The position numbers and the translations under genes are program-made. DNA of 62,679 nt, the filler included, from Globobulimina sp. (taxonomy: Eukaryota): NCBI GenBank assembly GCA_003354225.1. It is 45 parts of 45 records of this genome, joined end to end, with 100 filler letters (N's around TTAATTAATTAA, not from the genome) between each part and the next. Parts side by side here need not be neighbours in the genome. Positions count along the whole stretch, not along the records: positions 58,598 to 59,891 come from PIVH01019242.1; positions 59,992 to 61,285 come from PIVH01019243.1; positions 61,386 to 62,679 come from PIVH01019244.1; 42 more parts are not named here. One strand, given 5' to 3'. The notes below the pieces were generated by a model. That model was not told the DNA's origin. It was given only the letters and a program-made list of their open reading frames with translations, and did no database searches. This document shows positions 58,598 to 62,679 of this stretch, piece by piece (position 1 is the first letter of the stretch; each line of letters opens with the position of its first letter).

Positions 58598-59891
58598 AAT
58601 CCCAATCAAAATGAGTAACAATACACGCATTTGCTGCATTCTCTGATGGAGATAACAAATTATTTTGAAAACACCATCCATTCCAATCTTCAACCACTGA
58701 TTCGATGCTATTTTTTGCTCCTTCACCATCCATCACAGCCTGTGTTATCCCAGTTAGCTGCGTACAGAATTGAGATAACTTGGGATGTATTTTTGGTTTA
58801 ATATAATAATGAAACGGTTTGCTTTCAACAATTTTATTTGTGACTGTATCAATTATCATCGCTGGCCATTCAATAATTTCCTGAGGATCCGGGTTCAGCG
58901 GATTATCACAAGTCGCCTCAAAATCCAACACCACCAAATATCGAAACTTTTGTTTCTGAAGCTTCCAATGTATATTTTTATTGTTTGTATCGTGTTTCTG
59001 TTGCAATTGAATATCATTCCAAATACTTCTTGTGCCAAAATTACTGACTGTATAATCAAAACGGACGCCTTTTTCTAATAACTTTGTCACAATTTTGCAT
59101 ATATTGCTCACATCATCAATACCCGAATGGTGTTTGCCTCGGTGTTTTATATTCAAATGTTTCAACATCCCCATCATTGACAGTGCATAGTCACTCCGTC
59201 CACTACCAAGGTTGTGCAGATTTTGTCGAAATATGTGCTTGATATTTATCCACGAATGAAACAAAAGAGGACAGCCACAGTTGGCTGTCTGTTGCTGTGC
59301 TTTCCACATAGTTTTCAAGTCCCAATCACCGCACTAAATATTAATAATTTATTTAATTAATATCAATACCAGTAAAATTTGTAGAAAATATATATTTATT
59401 TAACTGTTATGATGGCTGCATTTGGGACAGCATTATTGTTTGATATTTGCGGTAATAAATTATTTTGAACACACCATTCATTCCACTGTTTCAATACAGA
59501 TTTAATTGTATTTTTAGAGCCATTTTTGTCGATAAAAGATTGAGTGATTCCGGTCAATTGAGTGCAAAAAGGGGTTAACTTGGGATTATGTTTGGGTTTG
59601 ATGTAGAAATGAAATGTATTCTTGCTTAATATTTTATTGTTTGATGTGTCTATGATCATAGCTGGCCATTCGATGATTTCCTGAGGATATATTCTTCTGT
59701 TTTCGTCACACGTTGCTTCAAAATCTAATACAACTAAATATTTAAATTTCTGTGCTGAATTATTATTGTTGCGTGGATGTGGATAGTTTTGTTTTTGTTC
59801 TTCGCCATTATATGATGCGATTTGTTAGCGTTCATAGCACCACACTTTGTGCATGAATGTTTGCTTCCCCATATTAAAAAATTACAATTGT
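58598..59891 (-). CDS. ERI1-family 3'-5' exonuclease with two tandem DEDDh domains and a RanBP2-type Zn finger, intron 59334..59404
   Basis: C.FL.WGSK.SCTKCG; YLVVLDFEATCD..QEIIEWP and FCTQLTGITQ each occur twice; CGDWDL, HHSGIDD. Confidence 0.9.
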
Positions 59892-60186
59892 NNNNNNNNN
59901 NNNNNNNNNNNNNNNNNNNNNNNNNNNNNNNNNNNTTAATTAATTAANNNNNNNNNNNNNNNNNNNNNNNNNNNNNNNNNNNNNNNNNNNNCCCAATGAT
60001 ATTGCTCCATATATTGGTAAATTAGGAGAGTTTATTTTTTCTAAACTCATTTTTGTATTCGTTTTTGTGATTTTTTCAAAGTGAAAACAGTGACTGCAGT
60101 GAGACTAAATATGCTTTTTATATCTCGCGCAAGCAAGATGATGACATATTGCATTGAGCTGAAATTAGTCAATTTGCGTGTCATGA

Positions 60187-61285
60187 TCACCAAAAATCTT
60201 GCAATTGAATATTTGTCCAATTTTCTTGATATCGGTTGGTAATAAACAATGAAGATGTTTTTGGTTCAAATACAATTTGATAAATGGTGCTCGGTGACAA
60301 TGCTCCTCCATCCTCCATTTTAACATCCATTATGTCGAGCAAATCAGCAATGTTATACTCTCTCGATGTTGCCGTTAAGTTTAACAAATTCTTCCTTCGC
60401 GTCACACCCAGCCACGATGTGATATCATTTGGCGGCGGAATATCATTCAAATAAAAATTGGTAGACACAAAACTTTCATTATTCGAAAAATGAAATGGTT
60501 TCATGCCTAAAGTCGATGAATATTCATATGATTGACCTGCAGATTGTGCATCGTTTACATTTATTATCAGTGAGTAATCAGATTGAAATGACTCCATTTG
60601 CATCAAAACATCATTCATATTACGCGAATTTTGCAATGTTTGCAATAATTTAATCAATAATGTTTGTCTCTGAACCACTGCAAAACCGCCAGAAGGTCCG
60701 CCATTGTTCAGTTCCCCATAAATATGCCATACTCATTCAAACATGATGGGCAATATATTTGTCCCGGTAATCCGACGATTGCCGTGGATATTTTTTCAGT
60801 TTCATGAAGCACCGCAACTATGATGTTCTTTGCTATTTCGTTGAATGGATGTCCGTAATCATAATTTCTCCCAATTAATGTTGTATTATTGCCGCAAATG
60901 GACGGTGGCAACGAAAGAAAGGCACATTGAGCTAAACCATTATAAGATGCATATGATTGGGATGGGACACGTATGGTTTCCATAGAATTTATGATTTTGC
61001 AATCATTGAATGTCAAACCCGAACCAGTTGCAATTCCTTTTAAGAAGAAATCCCATGAATATGAGTATCGATCATCAAATAATTGCGATTCTTGCAGCAA
61101 TTGCTGATATGACATATGGTGTTCATCTAAAAAATAATCAAATAAAATAGTTAATGTGTCATTTAATTCCATTTCCAGTAATTTGCCATATTCCACTCCC
61201 ATATCATAGTGGCTGCCCCATAGGTTTACAATGATAACATTATCAATATAGACACGGTTTGCTGTGACATTAATAATAGCACTCA
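60187..61285 (-). pseudogene. C45-family Ntn-hydrolase/acyltransferase with a frameshift at ~60713
   Basis: MG.EYG, CAF nucleophile region, IGRNYDY, GLPGQ..LNEYGIF; ATGGGGAACTG where the frame requires M-E-L-N-N-G; STNFY, TIYQIV. Confidence 0.75.
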
Positions 61286-61387
61286 NNNNNNNNNNNNNNN
61301 NNNNNNNNNNNNNNNNNNNNNNNNNNNNNTTAATTAATTAANNNNNNNNNNNNNNNNNNNNNNNNNNNNNNNNNNNNNNNNNNNNGT

Positions 61388-62445
61388 TTTATTTTGTGTT
61401 TTGAAAATGTTGCTGTTAACGCTGCTTTTAATCAAACTAAAGATTTGTTAGAGCTCGGTGATGGATATGTCGATTTTACCAATAATGCTGGTGATGACAC
61501 GTTGTGTCCAGCGCAAGGATTGCCATGTTTGAGTTGAGTTTTATATATATTTTAATCTCAAAATGAAATACATTATTTGTTTTGAATAAATATAGATTTT
61601 TTCTTTGGTTGCGAGGATGATTTGATTGGACCAGAAACGGGCGTTGCTGCCATATCCAATGCATATTTGTCGAGTGAAACTCGTAACTGTGACTGCAATG
61701 ATGGTATGTTATATATTTATATGTGTTTGCAAAAAAAAAAGAAAACATAATGTTTCATACTTTTAAAGGAATGACAGCGTTGACATTGAGATATGAAGGC
61801 TCAGTCACTGCGAGGAGTATCATTGGTTTTTATGGAAGAAGAAGACGTGTACTATGTATATTTGATGATGTTTTGCCAGGGAATACAATAACATGTACTG
61901 CAGAAAAAGCAAGCAGTGGAATATTTGCTCGTAATACATATTTTGAAGTGAGTTATGGTGATAGTGATGGTGATGATAGCTGTATTGGTAAAATCCGCAC
62001 AAGTTGTTCTAATCAGATAGTTGGTGATATGTTGAAAGGATGTAATGATTTATTAGTTGTATCACATGTGGACGGGAATGGTGCATTGTGCGATGCACAA
62101 ATATTAGCCACACATACTGATAATGCAGCAAATGCATTTATAAATGGCAGGGAATATATGGATAATCCCTTGACGTTATTAAAGGAATTTGATCCCTATA
62201 TTCGATGGACATTAATCGGCATTATCATTACTTTTATTATATTGGTATTTGTTTCTATTTCTATTTGTTTTTCATATAAATGTAAGAAGATTGATAACGA
62301 GGAGGATGAGGAGGATGATGTAATTGTATCTGCAATCAATATTGCTATGTCACAAAAACAGAATAACCACACAACAAATGATGTAAATCAAGATATAAAT
62401 TCGAATGATGATGACACTGCAAAACCTTTTAAAATTGTCCAATAA
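61388..62445 (+). CDS. Type I surface protein with a CxG..LTLRY..TSCS domain, introns ~61527..61596 and 61704..61768
   Basis: Spliced NCDCNDG|MTALTLRYEG..IRTSCSNQIVG; C-terminal TM. Confidence 0.65.
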
Positions 62446-62679
62446 CTTATGTTTATATCTCGAACCACAACGAAACACAAATTAATAGTATATACATACA
62501 AAAGAACGAAATACAAATAGTCTACATGGTATTTTTTTTATTTTTTGGTTTTTTTAACGTATAATATGTGAGTGTTTAATATTTATATAATTAACTTAAT
62601 ACCATTTATTCTTTTGTGTTTAGTTGGATTTGGTTTAAATGTTTTTGTGTTCATTCTTTTTTTGTGTGTATTAATGATG

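Noticed and set aside
60139-60188. ATGA...AAA...TGAT hairpin as a SECIS element
   Set aside because: The helix is about 18 bp (too long), lies on the strand opposite the adjacent gene, and has no upstream UGA ORF

Overview
This window is not contiguous DNA. It holds 45 unrelated short contigs (1296 down to 1294 bp, sorted by length) joined by an artificial 100-bp linker (N44-TTAATTAATTAA-N44, stops in all six frames), so no gene neighbourhood crosses a linker. Most contigs come from an AT-rich eukaryote with very short (mostly 56-71 nt) GT-AG introns. The gene content and expanded families suggest a rhizarian, probably a foraminiferan (inference). Recognisable gene fragments include eIF2-gamma, eIF3b, SAM synthetase, GLOD4, NRDE2, NADPH oxidase, Mak21/CEBPZ, MKS1, DBR1, M1 aminopeptidase, AKR7, DDB1, Dispatched-like, a tandem ERI1-type exonuclease, fascin-like, C2, a DHHC-like enzyme and a G-alpha-like protein. 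Two contigs are bacterial: a two-partner-secretion haemagglutinin next to a tRNA-Arg 3' att fragment, and a Bacteroidota T9SS cargo gene plus a SYLF gene. The most interesting signals are (1) a ~30-aa module, L-V-x-[GW]-Y...D-I-x-x-[IL]-I, inserted into three unrelated folds (G-alpha switch III, an actin-like loop, a SPRY N-terminus); (2) a G-alpha lacking its helical domain; (3) a contig that closes on itself as a 1175-bp unit; (4) a structured RNA candidate with HEARO/omega-RNA-like motifs; (5) a DHFC palmitoyltransferase lacking its Zn cysteines; and (6) a tRNA-derived SINE. All family assignments come from motif recognition by eye; no searches were run.
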